Assembly: GCA_025359205.1 (NCBI GenBank)
Contig: JANYHD010000039.1
Location: 80,292-144,291, forward strand
Length of the DNA stretch: 64,000 nt
From: Gammaproteobacteria bacterium
Lineage (GTDB): Bacteria; Pseudomonadota; Gammaproteobacteria; Steroidobacterales; Steroidobacteraceae
Direction of reading: 5' to 3'
Part shown: positions 17,927 through 26,338 of the stretch, piece by piece
Numbering within the stretch: the first letter of the stretch is position 1
Layout of the letters: the number at the start of each line of letters is the position of its first letter
Notes under the pieces: generated by a model
Told to the model about the DNA's origin: nothing
The model's database searches: none
The model's input: only the letters and a program-made list of their open reading frames with translations
Position numbers and translations under genes: made by a program

Positions 17927-19311
17927 TGCTGCCGCGCCCGCATGAAGTCCCGCAGCCGCTCGGAAAAGCCGGCCGGCACCTCGCCACCGGGCAACTGCGT
18001 GATGTGCAGGGCGCGGAACTTTTCGGGCACCTGGGCCCGCGCCGCGTCGGTCCCGTCGATGGCCACCGGCAGGATGAACAGCGCGCCATCGGCCATGTTG
18101 CGCGCGCGGTCGATGGCGTAGCTCCACTCGCGGCGGAAGTAGCCTTCCAGGCGTCGCTGCGTGGTGGCCGAGACCACCGGTATGAAATACGAACAGCGCG
18201 CGATATTGCGCTGGATCATGCGGTCGTAGTCATCACCGCTCTCCAGCCGATCCATGTCGAACCAGGTGGTGACGCCGGCGGCTTCGAGGCTGGCCTTGAT
18301 CTTTTGCACGGCCGGCAGGTCTTCACGCGCGTAGCTGATGAACACAGCGTTGTCCGGCATCTCGCGCGCCGGCGGCATGAAGCGCAGCGGTGCGGACGTT
18401 TGGGTCGCGGCGGTGGCCGGCCTGCGACGTGCGGCCAGGCGATCGTGCAGTTCGTCGACGAAGCGCTCGGCGCCCTGGTAAATGCGCGTACGCACGCTGA
18501 CCTGCTGCAGAAAGGACACCAGCCGCTCGTCTTCGCTAGTGTGATCGTCGGCCATGATCTCGCCCACGTCGCGTGGATCGGACAGTCGCTGCCGCTTGGC
18601 CATACGCAGGAACAGGCGCGCCAGCCAGTTGGTGAAGTTGCTGCCGATGAACAGCAGGTGATTGTGCTCGAGCTCGTGGAACAGCTTTTCCGGCGCCAGG
18701 TGCTCGCTCTGCAGCGCGCAGATGAATTCCAGCAGATCCTCGTCGGAGATCACGTAGGTAGGTGAAGCAGACACCCGGCCAAACAGGTGATAGACCACCG
18801 GCCGCTGCAAGCGATCGCGCTCGCTCGGCAGGTCGGCAATGCGGTTCGGCGAATAGGAGAGCACTTCGGTCGTGGGCGCGCCGGCGAAGCGCGCGCTGTT
18901 GATCGCGTTCTCCAGCAACGGATCGAAGGTCGTGGACACGAACAGGTCGAACTCGGGTATGGCCGCGAGCCGCTGCAGCGCCCGTGGCGGCTCGAAGCTC
19001 GCTTCCTTGAGTATGCTGCGCAGGCGTACGTAGGCTTCTTCGCGCCGGCCGCGTGCGCCCAGGAACCAGCAGACCACGTCGTTGAGCGTGTAAGGTTTCG
19101 GCAACAGGCTGACGTCGACGTTCAGCCGCACCGCGAGCTTCTCCGCGAGCCAGTCGTACAGCAGCCGCGGACCCTTGTCGGTGCTGACCTGCAGCAGCTC
19201 AGGACCGATGATCGGAATGACGCGCCGCTCTTCGATGAAGCTGAGCAGGTCGTCCCACGCGTCGTCGTCGAGCGCGCTGGTCTGCAGCAGGGCGGTGGCG
19301 CTGGTGCTCAA
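17923..19311 (-). CDS. SIR2-like (SIR2_2-type) / TIR domain fusion protein
   Basis: The N-terminal ~270 aa carry the SIR2_2-like motif series VIPIIGPELL, FVSTTFDPLLENA, VVYHLFGRV and LLFIGSNFTNWLARL. The C-terminal ~135 aa are TIR_2-like: AVFISYAREDLPAVQKIKASLEAAGVTTWFDMDRLESGDDY..CSYFIPVVS..RREWSYA. The start is uncertain: TTG 19311 was chosen (MSTSATALLQ..), with alternatives TTG 19329 or TTG 19452. Confidence 0.8.
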   Translation of the reverse strand: MSTSATALLQTSALDDDAWDDLLSFIEERRVIPIIGPELLQVSTDKGPRLLYDWLAEKLAVRLNVDVSLLPKPYTLNDVVCWFLGARGRREEAYVRLRSILKEASFEPPRALQRLAAIPEFDLFVSTTFDPLLENAINSARFAGAPTTEVLSYSPNRIADLPSERDRLQRPVVYHLFGRVSASPTYVISDEDLLEFICALQSEHLAPEKLFHELEHNHLLFIGSNFTNWLARLFLRMAKRQRLSDPRDVGEIMADDHTSEDERLVSFLQQVSVRTRIYQGAERFVDELHDRLAARRRPATAATQTSAPLRFMPPAREMPDNAVFISYAREDLPAVQKIKASLEAAGVTTWFDMDRLESGDDYDRMIQRNIARCSYFIPVVSATTQRRLEGYFRREWSYAIDRARNMADGALFILPVAIDGTDAARAQVPEKFRALHITQLPGGEVPAGFSERLRDFMRARQQ

Positions 19312-19525
19312 GTGATGGCGTCGAGGCAATCGATAGAATTCATTAAGTAAAACCAGTGTACGGGGCCGGCCCCGCTCCCCCTTTGATTGGACGTACTGAT
19401 CGCGTCCGCGCCCGCGTCGATCGAGTTTGCCGCAGCCCCGGAACACAAGCAAGGCAAGGCCGGAACTTCATGACCCACCCGTGGTCGCATGAACCGGTTG
19501 CGATTGAAGCTCACGCGGCCGCATA

Positions 19526-20212
19526 TTGCGGCCTCACCAGGGGCGGCGGTGCAGCGTGCGATCACCCGTTGAGCACAGGATCTCGCGCCGCGTCGCGCTG
19601 CTCGCCGTCATCGGCCTGCATCTGTTGGGCGGCCTGCTGATCAGCAGCGCGTTCCATGCATCGCGAACTCCGCAACCGGCCGGCCCAGCGATGGTATGGC
19701 TAGGCTGGTCGGATTCAGGCGTGGTGAAATCTCTGCGCGCACCGCCACTGCGGCCGCAGCCGCGCATTCCACCTGCCGCGATTGCGAGCGCACTCGTTCC
19801 ACTGCTTCCCGTCCCACTGCTTCCTGCAGCGCCTGCCCCCGCAAGGCCCGCAACCAACTGGAGCCTGGAAGCGCAGCGGGCAGCCGCGATAGTGATCACC
19901 CATTCCGCGGCGGACCAGCAACGCGACGGGGTGATGGGATCTATCCCAAAGTCGCCGTTCAGGACAAGCAGCGCAGGGCCCGCATTTCCGTGGTCGCGCG
20001 AACCGCTCGGCAAACACTTCGACGCGGACCCGCACACCGGGATCGTCAGCCTGCGCGGCAAACGCTGCTCGCTCGCGCTCTTCCTGATCCTGCCTGGCTT
20101 CGGCTGCGCCTTCGGCCCGCTCGATCCCGAACCCGGCCGCGGCGACCTGTTCGACCCCAAGTATCAACCTCAACCGCTCGAGCTCCCGGACTCGCTCGCC
20201 ACGGTGCACTGA
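19526..20212 (+). CDS. hypothetical membrane-anchored Pro-rich protein
   Basis: N-terminal basic stretch plus the helix VALLAVIGLHLLGGLLISSAF, then a Pro-rich region. Third-position GC is somewhat lower than in neighbours. The start is ambiguous (TTG 19526 or a downstream GTG). Confidence 0.45.
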   Translation: MRPHQGRRCSVRSPVEHRISRRVALLAVIGLHLLGGLLISSAFHASRTPQPAGPAMVWLGWSDSGVVKSLRAPPLRPQPRIPPAAIASALVPLLPVPLLPAAPAPARPATNWSLEAQRAAAIVITHSAADQQRDGVMGSIPKSPFRTSSAGPAFPWSREPLGKHFDADPHTGIVSLRGKRCSLALFLILPGFGCAFGPLDPEPGRGDLFDPKYQPQPLELPDSLATVH

Positions 20213-20289
20213 CGCGCCCGCGGACATGCTTGAATTCTGTGCTACGCGGACGACTCTGGATTTTCCGCGTGTGCTTTAGCGCCTGCGCC

Positions 20290-22137
20290 TCAGAACATGC
20301 TCGATGGATCGATATTTCCCCCATCCTTCGGATCGCGCGAGGGAATAAACTCGCCCGTGATCATGGCCTCGTAGCCCTGCCCAGGTCCGACCATCGGATA
20401 GACACCGGCGTCCGGATCAATGATCACCTCGAGGAACGCGGGTCCCTTGAAGGCCAGGAACTCGGCGATCACCGCGGGCACATCCGCGCGCCGATCGAGC
20501 CGGCGCGCATAGCGGAAGCCGTCCGCCTGCGCCGCCTTGACGAAATCCTTCTTGTGCAGTGACTTGTCGCTGCCCGAGAGACGACCCTTGAAAAACAGCT
20601 TCTGCCACTGCTTGACCATGCCGTCGCCGAAGTTGTTGAGCACCACCACCTTGACCGGCAGGTCGTAAGTGGTCGCGGTCTCGAGCTCGCCGATGTTCAT
20701 GCGGATGCTGGCGTCGCCGTCGATGTCGATCACCAGCCGGCCGGGGTTCGCAACCTGCGCACCGATCGCGGCCGGCAGGCCGAAACCCATGGTGCCCATG
20801 CTGCCGGAGGTGAGCCAGCGCCGCGGTGCGCCGAAATCGAACATCTGCGCGGCCCACATCTGGTGCTGGCCGACGCCAGTGGTGATGATCGCCTCGCCGC
20901 GCGTGTGCCGGTTGATCTCCTCGATCACGTATTGGGGCTGCACCATCTCGCCATCGCGCTGGTAATTCATGCCGTAGCGCTGCCTGAGCGCGTCAAGGTG
21001 CGCGTGCCAGGGCGCATAGCTGCGCTGCCGCGCGGCGCCCTTGACCGCCGCAGCGATAGAGCGCAGCGCATCCGGCAGCAGGCCGACGTGACTCCAACGG
21101 GCATTCTTGACCTTGTTGATCTCGGCGCGATCGACGTCGAGATGCGCGATGGTGCGCGCCGCGCGCGCGAACTTCGCCGGATTGCCGGCGACGCGATCAT
21201 CGAAGCGCGCGCCGACCGCGAGCAGGAAGTCACAATCCTCCACGGCGTAGTTGGCCGCGGCCACGCCGTGCATGCCGAGCATGTGCATTGCCAGGCGATG
21301 CGTGGTGTCGATGCTGCCAATGCCCATGAGGGTCGTCACCACCGGGATGTCGAGCGTCTCGGCAAATGCGGTGAGCGTCGCGGCCGCTTCACCGTTGATT
21401 ACGCCACCGCCCGCGTAGATCAGCGGGCGCTGCGACTCAGACAGCAGCTCGACGAACGTGGCCAGCTGTTCGGGGCTGAGCGTGCTCGCGCCGAGGGCGG
21501 CAGTGCGCCGGCGGTAGCCCGGGATCGGCAGCGTGCCCACGCCGCTGAATGTTCCGGCCCAGTTCTGCACGTCCTTTGGAATGTCGACCACGACCGGACC
21601 GGGCCTCCCGCTGCGCGCAATCTCGAAGGCGGTGCGCATCGTCGCCTCGAGCCGCGCCGGGTCGGTGACCAGGAACACGTGCTTGGCCACCGGGCCCATG
21701 ATCGCCGCAACCGGCGCTTCCTGGAATGCGTCGGTGCCGATGGCCGCGGTGGGCACCTGACCGCAGATCACCACGATCGGCACCGAATCGGCCATGCAGT
21801 CGCGCACCGGCGTGACCGTGTTGGTCGCGCCCGGGCCCGAGGTCACCAGGCAAACGCCGACGCGCCCGCTGGCGCGCGCGTATCCGGCCGCCATGAACCC
21901 GGCACCCTGCTCGTTGGCCGGCACGATCAGCGGCACCTCGCGGCCACCGCTGCGGCGCTGGGCCTCGTTGAAGGTGAAAACGGCGTCGTAGGTCGGCAGG
22001 ATCGCCCCGCCGCTGTAGCCGAAGATGGCGGCCACGCCCTCGTCCGCCAGCACCTGGACGATGATCTCGGCCCCGCTCATGGCCTGGCCGGCCAGCGGAT
22101 GCGCCGGGGCTGCAGATTTGGGCAGGGCGTCGTCCAT
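20290..22137 (-). CDS. ilvI: acetolactate synthase (acetohydroxyacid synthase) large catalytic subunit
   Basis: ThDP-enzyme motifs: IFGYSGGAILP, GPGATN, and GSMGTMGFGLPAAIGA..DGDASIRMN..LNN (ThDP/Mg site). The start may be the internal MSGAEIIVQ. Confidence 0.9.
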   Translation of the reverse strand: MDDALPKSAAPAHPLAGQAMSGAEIIVQVLADEGVAAIFGYSGGAILPTYDAVFTFNEAQRRSGGREVPLIVPANEQGAGFMAAGYARASGRVGVCLVTSGPGATNTVTPVRDCMADSVPIVVICGQVPTAAIGTDAFQEAPVAAIMGPVAKHVFLVTDPARLEATMRTAFEIARSGRPGPVVVDIPKDVQNWAGTFSGVGTLPIPGYRRRTAALGASTLSPEQLATFVELLSESQRPLIYAGGGVINGEAAATLTAFAETLDIPVVTTLMGIGSIDTTHRLAMHMLGMHGVAAANYAVEDCDFLLAVGARFDDRVAGNPAKFARAARTIAHLDVDRAEINKVKNARWSHVGLLPDALRSIAAAVKGAARQRSYAPWHAHLDALRQRYGMNYQRDGEMVQPQYVIEEINRHTRGEAIITTGVGQHQMWAAQMFDFGAPRRWLTSGSMGTMGFGLPAAIGAQVANPGRLVIDIDGDASIRMNIGELETATTYDLPVKVVVLNNFGDGMVKQWQKLFFKGRLSGSDKSLHKKDFVKAAQADGFRYARRLDRRADVPAVIAEFLAFKGPAFLEVIIDPDAGVYPMVGPGQGYEAMITGEFIPSRDPKDGGNIDPSSMF

Positions 22138-22230
22138 GGGCAGAGCCTATCAGCTTGGCACGCCCGCACAAAACTCGGCTATTCTTAAGCCTCCCGACCC
22201 CAGGAGCGCTTGGTGGCAGACGTGAAGGCA

Positions 22231-22737
22231 ATGCGGCACATCATCGGCATACTCCTGCAGAACGAGGCGGGAGCGCTCGCGCGCGTGGCCGGCATGTTTT
22301 CGAGCCGCGGCTACAACATCGAATCGCTCTCGGTGGCCCCCACCGATGACCCGACGGTCTCGCGCCTGACGCTGGTGACCACCGGGTCGAACGCCGTGAT
22401 CCTGCAGATCGTCAACCAGCTCAACAAGCTCATCGACGTGGTGCGCGTGGACGACATGACGCGCGGCGAACACCTGGAGCGCGAGCTGGTGCTGGCCAAG
22501 CTGCGCGTCGACCCGGCGCGCCGCGACGCGCTGCGCGGCTACGTGGTGCGCACCGGCGGCCGGGTGCTCGACCCGTCCACCGATGGCTTCGTCGTCGAGC
22601 TGCTGGGCAGCGAGGCCGAGGTCAACGGCTTCATGCGCGAGGTGGCCTCGCACGGCGAATTGCTCGAAGTCGTGCGCAGCGGCGCGCTGGGCATCAGCCG
22701 CAACACGCGGGCGGTACGGCTGGTAGAGCCGGCCTGA
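22231..22737 (+). CDS. ilvH: acetolactate synthase small regulatory subunit (ACT domain)
   Basis: MRHIIGILLQNEAGALARVAGMFSSRGYNIESLSVAPTDD is the canonical IlvH/IlvN N-terminus. GAAGG SD lies 3 nt upstream of ATG 22231. Confidence 0.9.
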   Translation: MRHIIGILLQNEAGALARVAGMFSSRGYNIESLSVAPTDDPTVSRLTLVTTGSNAVILQIVNQLNKLIDVVRVDDMTRGEHLERELVLAKLRVDPARRDALRGYVVRTGGRVLDPSTDGFVVELLGSEAEVNGFMREVASHGELLEVVRSGALGISRNTRAVRLVEPA

Positions 22738-22752
22738 GGCCTGTTGACAGGC
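22737..22752. terminator. hairpin between convergent ilvH and P-II genes (GGCCTG-TTGA-CAGGCC, extendable by CTGAG/CTCAG)
   Basis: Inverted repeat read directly. There is no U-tract, so function as a bidirectional terminator is only inferred. Confidence 0.3.
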
Positions 22753-22758
22753 CCTGGC

Positions 22759-23184
<426 letters not shown>

Positions 23185-23275
23185 CTAAAGCGTCATCGGC
23201 AGGGAATTTGCCTGCTCGCGGCACCATTTTGGCGCGCGCCGCAATGGCGGCTGCCCGCGCTTGGTGCGCGGCGCG

Positions 23276-25639
23276 TCAGGCCGGCCGATTGCGCAGGTTT
23301 GTCAGGCGGCCGTCTTCCGCGGCCGTGTCGAGCACACGCGCGAGCTGCGCTCGTTGTGTGCGGGTCCAGCCAGCCACCTCGGCCGCGGGCATCGGTCGGC
23401 TGATGTAATAGCCCTGCGCGAGATCGCAGCCGAGCCGCAACAGCGCCGCCCACACGTCCGGCGTCTCGATGCCCTCGGCGACCACCTTGAGGCCCAGGCT
23501 GTGGCCCAGCTCGATGGTGGTACGCACGATCGCCAGGTTGCTGGCTGAACGCTCGAGGTTCATGACGAAGGCACGGTCGATCTTCAGCTCGTCCACCGGC
23601 AGCGCGTGCAGCTGTGCGAGGCTCGAGTGCCCGGTGCCGAAATCGTCGATCGCAAAGCGCACGCCCACCGTGCGCAGCTGCTGCATGACCTGCGCGGCAA
23701 GCTGCGGCTCGCGCATGATCGCGCTCTCGGTCACCTCGAGCAGCAGTCGCGTCGCTGGCACCTGGTGCTGGCCGAGCAGCGCCAGGACCCGTCCAGGCAG
23801 ACCGCCATCGGCGAAGTCCGCGGCCGACAGGTTCACCGCCACTTCGAAGTCGAGGCCGGCGCGCTGCCACTCGCCGAGCTGCATGATCGCCTGGTTCAGC
23901 ACCCAGCGCGACAGGTCTGGCAACACCGAGGCACGCTCGGCCAGCGGGATGAATTCGGCCGGCGAGATGTTGCCGAGCGTCTGGTGGGACCAGCGCAGCA
24001 ACGCCTCGAAGGCGAGCGGGGTGCGATCGGTCATGTTCACCAGCGGCTGGTAGTGGAGCGACAGCCCGTCGCCGGCCAGCGCGCGCCGCAGCTCGGCCAC
24101 CAGCAGCACGCGGCGGCGATGATCGGCGTCATGGCTGGACTGGTAGACCACGGCGATGGTCGATTGCTCTTTCGCCTGCAGCAGAGCGACGTCGGCCTGG
24201 CGCAGCAGGTCCTCGACCGGCACGCGCGGCGCGCGCCATTCGCTGATGCCGGCGCGGATGTCCACGCTCAGCCGCAGCTCACCGAGCTGCACGCCCGCGC
24301 GCCACTCGTCGGCCAGCACCAGCAGCCGATGCAGCAGTTCGCTGTCGTGGATGGGCGCGGTCAGCACGAACTGGTCGGCGCCGACGCGCGCGCAGGGTGC
24401 GTGGTCACCGGACAGTGCCTGCAGCCGCGTTGCCAATGCCTGCAGCAGCTTGTCGCCGGCCTGGTGACCGACCGAGGCGTTGATGTCGCGGAAGCGATGC
24501 ACGTCGAGTAGCGCCACGCTCAGTTGCGCGCCGGGCGGCAGCGCCGCGAGGCGCTCGCGCAGGCCCTCGCGATTGGGCAAGCCCGTGAGGGCGTCGTGCG
24601 TGGCCTGCCGCACGATGTGAGCCTCGCGCTCGCGGATACCCTCCTGCATGGAGTTGAAGGTGCCGGCGAGCCGCTGGAACTCCTCGCCACCGTTCACCGC
24701 GATGTTTTCGCAGTAGTAGCCGCGCTCGATCTGCTGTGCGGCGGTCACCAGCGCGCCGAGCGGACGCACCGCGCTGCGACCCGCGAACACGGCCACGATG
24801 ATCGCGCCGAGCAGCGCCGCGCCGCCGATCAGCAGCAGCGCGAAACGCATCTCGCGGAACTGCGCCATCGCCGCGAGCTGCGAGCGCTGCACCACCAGCT
24901 GCAGCGTGCCGCTCTGCGCGCGCAGCGGCGCACTGAGCGTGAGGTATTGCTGGTCGTTAAAGGTCGAGAGTGTCGGTGCGTTGTCGGCGAGGCTGGTCGG
25001 CGGCCGCGCCGCGAGCTGCGACGCGGTCGCCGGCGCGAGCGTGGAGATCGCGCCGCCTGCGCCGCCCGGCTCACGGTAGATGAAGCTGACGTCGGTGCCG
25101 GCCAGGGCGGCGAGCTGCTGGGCCAGTGGCCGATCGAGCGCGAAGCCCAGGGCCACCCAGGCGATGACGTCGGGTGCACGGAGCGGCGCGAACACGATCT
25201 GGTAAGGCCGGCCGCCCACCACGGCAAAGGGCGCAGCCGCGCCCTCATCAGGCAGGTGCAGGCTGGCGCCCGCCTGCTGCGCGAGTTCAGGCGTGGTCGC
25301 GGTCAGCACTCGTCCATCGGGCGCATACAGCACGGCGAGATCGGCGCCCACGCGGCCGGCATGGTTGCTGAGCGCCGACTGCAGCGTCGGCCGGTCGGCG
25401 GTGGCGACGGCCTCCCGAAAGGCGAAATCGGCCACCAGCACGTCGGTCGCGGCCCGCAACAGCCGGGCGCGCACGGCCAGCGTGCGATCGAGCATGGTGC
25501 GGGTGGCCGTGAGCTGGCGAGCCGATTCGGCGCGCACTGCGCCGCGGATCGAACCCAGAGTCAGCACGATCGTCACACCCTGAGCAAGCGCCATCAGGGA
25601 GACGATCAGAATGAGCAGTCGGTTCTTGAAGCTGGTCAA
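23276..25639 (-). CDS. membrane sensor protein: periplasmic domain-HAMP-degenerate GGDEF-EAL (probable c-di-GMP phosphodiesterase)
   Basis: Two TM helices flank a ~240-aa periplasmic region. The GGDEF site reads RVGADQF (nt 24368-24382). The EAL motifs are intact: FEALLRW, EVTES, DDFGTGHSSL, KIDRAF. Confidence 0.9.
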   Translation of the reverse strand: MTSFKNRLLILIVSLMALAQGVTIVLTLGSIRGAVRAESARQLTATRTMLDRTLAVRARLLRAATDVLVADFAFREAVATADRPTLQSALSNHAGRVGADLAVLYAPDGRVLTATTPELAQQAGASLHLPDEGAAAPFAVVGGRPYQIVFAPLRAPDVIAWVALGFALDRPLAQQLAALAGTDVSFIYREPGGAGGAISTLAPATASQLAARPPTSLADNAPTLSTFNDQQYLTLSAPLRAQSGTLQLVVQRSQLAAMAQFREMRFALLLIGGAALLGAIIVAVFAGRSAVRPLGALVTAAQQIERGYYCENIAVNGGEEFQRLAGTFNSMQEGIREREAHIVRQATHDALTGLPNREGLRERLAALPPGAQLSVALLDVHRFRDINASVGHQAGDKLLQALATRLQALSGDHAPCARVGADQFVLTAPIHDSELLHRLLVLADEWRAGVQLGELRLSVDIRAGISEWRAPRVPVEDLLRQADVALLQAKEQSTIAVVYQSSHDADHRRRVLLVAELRRALAGDGLSLHYQPLVNMTDRTPLAFEALLRWSHQTLGNISPAEFIPLAERASVLPDLSRWVLNQAIMQLGEWQRAGLDFEVAVNLSAADFADGGLPGRVLALLGQHQVPATRLLLEVTESAIMREPQLAAQVMQQLRTVGVRFAIDDFGTGHSSLAQLHALPVDELKIDRAFVMNLERSASNLAIVRTTIELGHSLGLKVVAEGIETPDVWAALLRLGCDLAQGYYISRPMPAAEVAGWTRTQRAQLARVLDTAAEDGRLTNLRNRPA

Positions 25640-25660
25640 CTACAGGCGCTCTAATCCGCA

Positions 25661-26338
25661 GTGATTATGGATAGTAGAAGCGCACTGCTGACCGCTTGTG
25701 TGATGGCCTGCACGGTTTTGGCCGTGCCGGGCATGGCGTCGGCTACATCGGCGCTGTCGGTCACGGTCGTGGGGGCCGATGGCAGGCCGGTGGAAGGCGC
25801 CGTGGTGCTGGCAGAGCCCATCGCGGCGCCCCCCCGGTCCGCGGCCGGACTCAAGGCGATCATGGATCAGCGCAACCTGACGTTCGTGCCCGACGTGCTG
25901 GTGGTGCAGACCGGCACCGCAGTCGACTTCCCCAACAGCGACCAGGTGCGACACCAGGTGTACTCATTTTCGAGCGCCAAGCCCTTCCAGCTCGCGCTCT
26001 ATGCAGGGCGCGCGCACGCGCCGGTGGTCTTCGATCACGCTGGCCTGGTGACACTCGGCTGCAACATCCACGACAGCATGGTCGGCTACATCTGGGTCAC
26101 CGACTCACCGTGGTTTGGACGCACCGGCGCGAATGGCACGCTGCAGCTGCGCGATCTGGCGCCGGGCGAATACCGCGTGCGCATCTGGCATGCGCGCCTG
26201 GCCGAATCCGGCCCGCAACTGCAGGCGCGGCTGAACCTGGCTGGCGGCGCGACCGCCAGCGCGGACTTTCGCCTGCGCCAGCCGCTGAAAGCGCCGTTGC
26301 TGAACCACGGAGCGGACAAGAAATGGGCAGACTACTGA
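25661..26338 (+). CDS. secreted cupredoxin-like / carboxypeptidase-regulatory-like protein (often annotated as methylamine utilization protein-like)
   Basis: Signal peptide ..VLAVPGMASA. FPNSDQVRHQVYSF and LGCNIHDSMVGYIWV resemble a plastocyanin-fold His/Cys/His/Met pattern. The C-terminal GEYRVRIWH is a beta-sandwich. Confidence 0.6.
   Translation: MIMDSRSALLTACVMACTVLAVPGMASATSALSVTVVGADGRPVEGAVVLAEPIAAPPRSAAGLKAIMDQRNLTFVPDVLVVQTGTAVDFPNSDQVRHQVYSFSSAKPFQLALYAGRAHAPVVFDHAGLVTLGCNIHDSMVGYIWVTDSPWFGRTGANGTLQLRDLAPGEYRVRIWHARLAESGPQLQARLNLAGGATASADFRLRQPLKAPLLNHGADKKWADY

Noticed and set aside
15743-18121. 792-aa plus-strand ORF antisense to the NTPase gene
   Set aside because: Low-complexity Arg/Ala/Gln/His-rich translation without motifs. 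The minus-strand frame carries Walker A/B and repeat architecture. Shadow ORF.
14726-19525. Whether the SIR2-TIR/NTPase pair sits on a recognisable mobile element or genomic island
   Set aside because: No integrase, transposase, tRNA gene, direct-repeat att-like flanks or obvious compositional shift is visible within the window. Only the 19-bp tandem duplication at the distal end and the AT-rich patch at the proximal end were noted. Island status therefore cannot be claimed.
22155-22170. TTGGCACGCCCGCACA in the ilvI/ilvH divergent spacer, considered as a sigma-54 promoter
   Set aside because: It has the -24 TGGCAC element, but the -12 position reads CACA rather than (T)TGC. This contrasts with the well-spaced site before the P-II gene.
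25696-26322. N-terminal 209 aa of the 622-aa track ORF 25696-27564
   Set aside because: This part overlaps the cupredoxin-like gene out of frame and is Arg/Gly-rich. A signal-peptide start (MGRLLTVISAAGALLLA) at 26323 gives a sensible outer-membrane barrel, so only the distal part was annotated.
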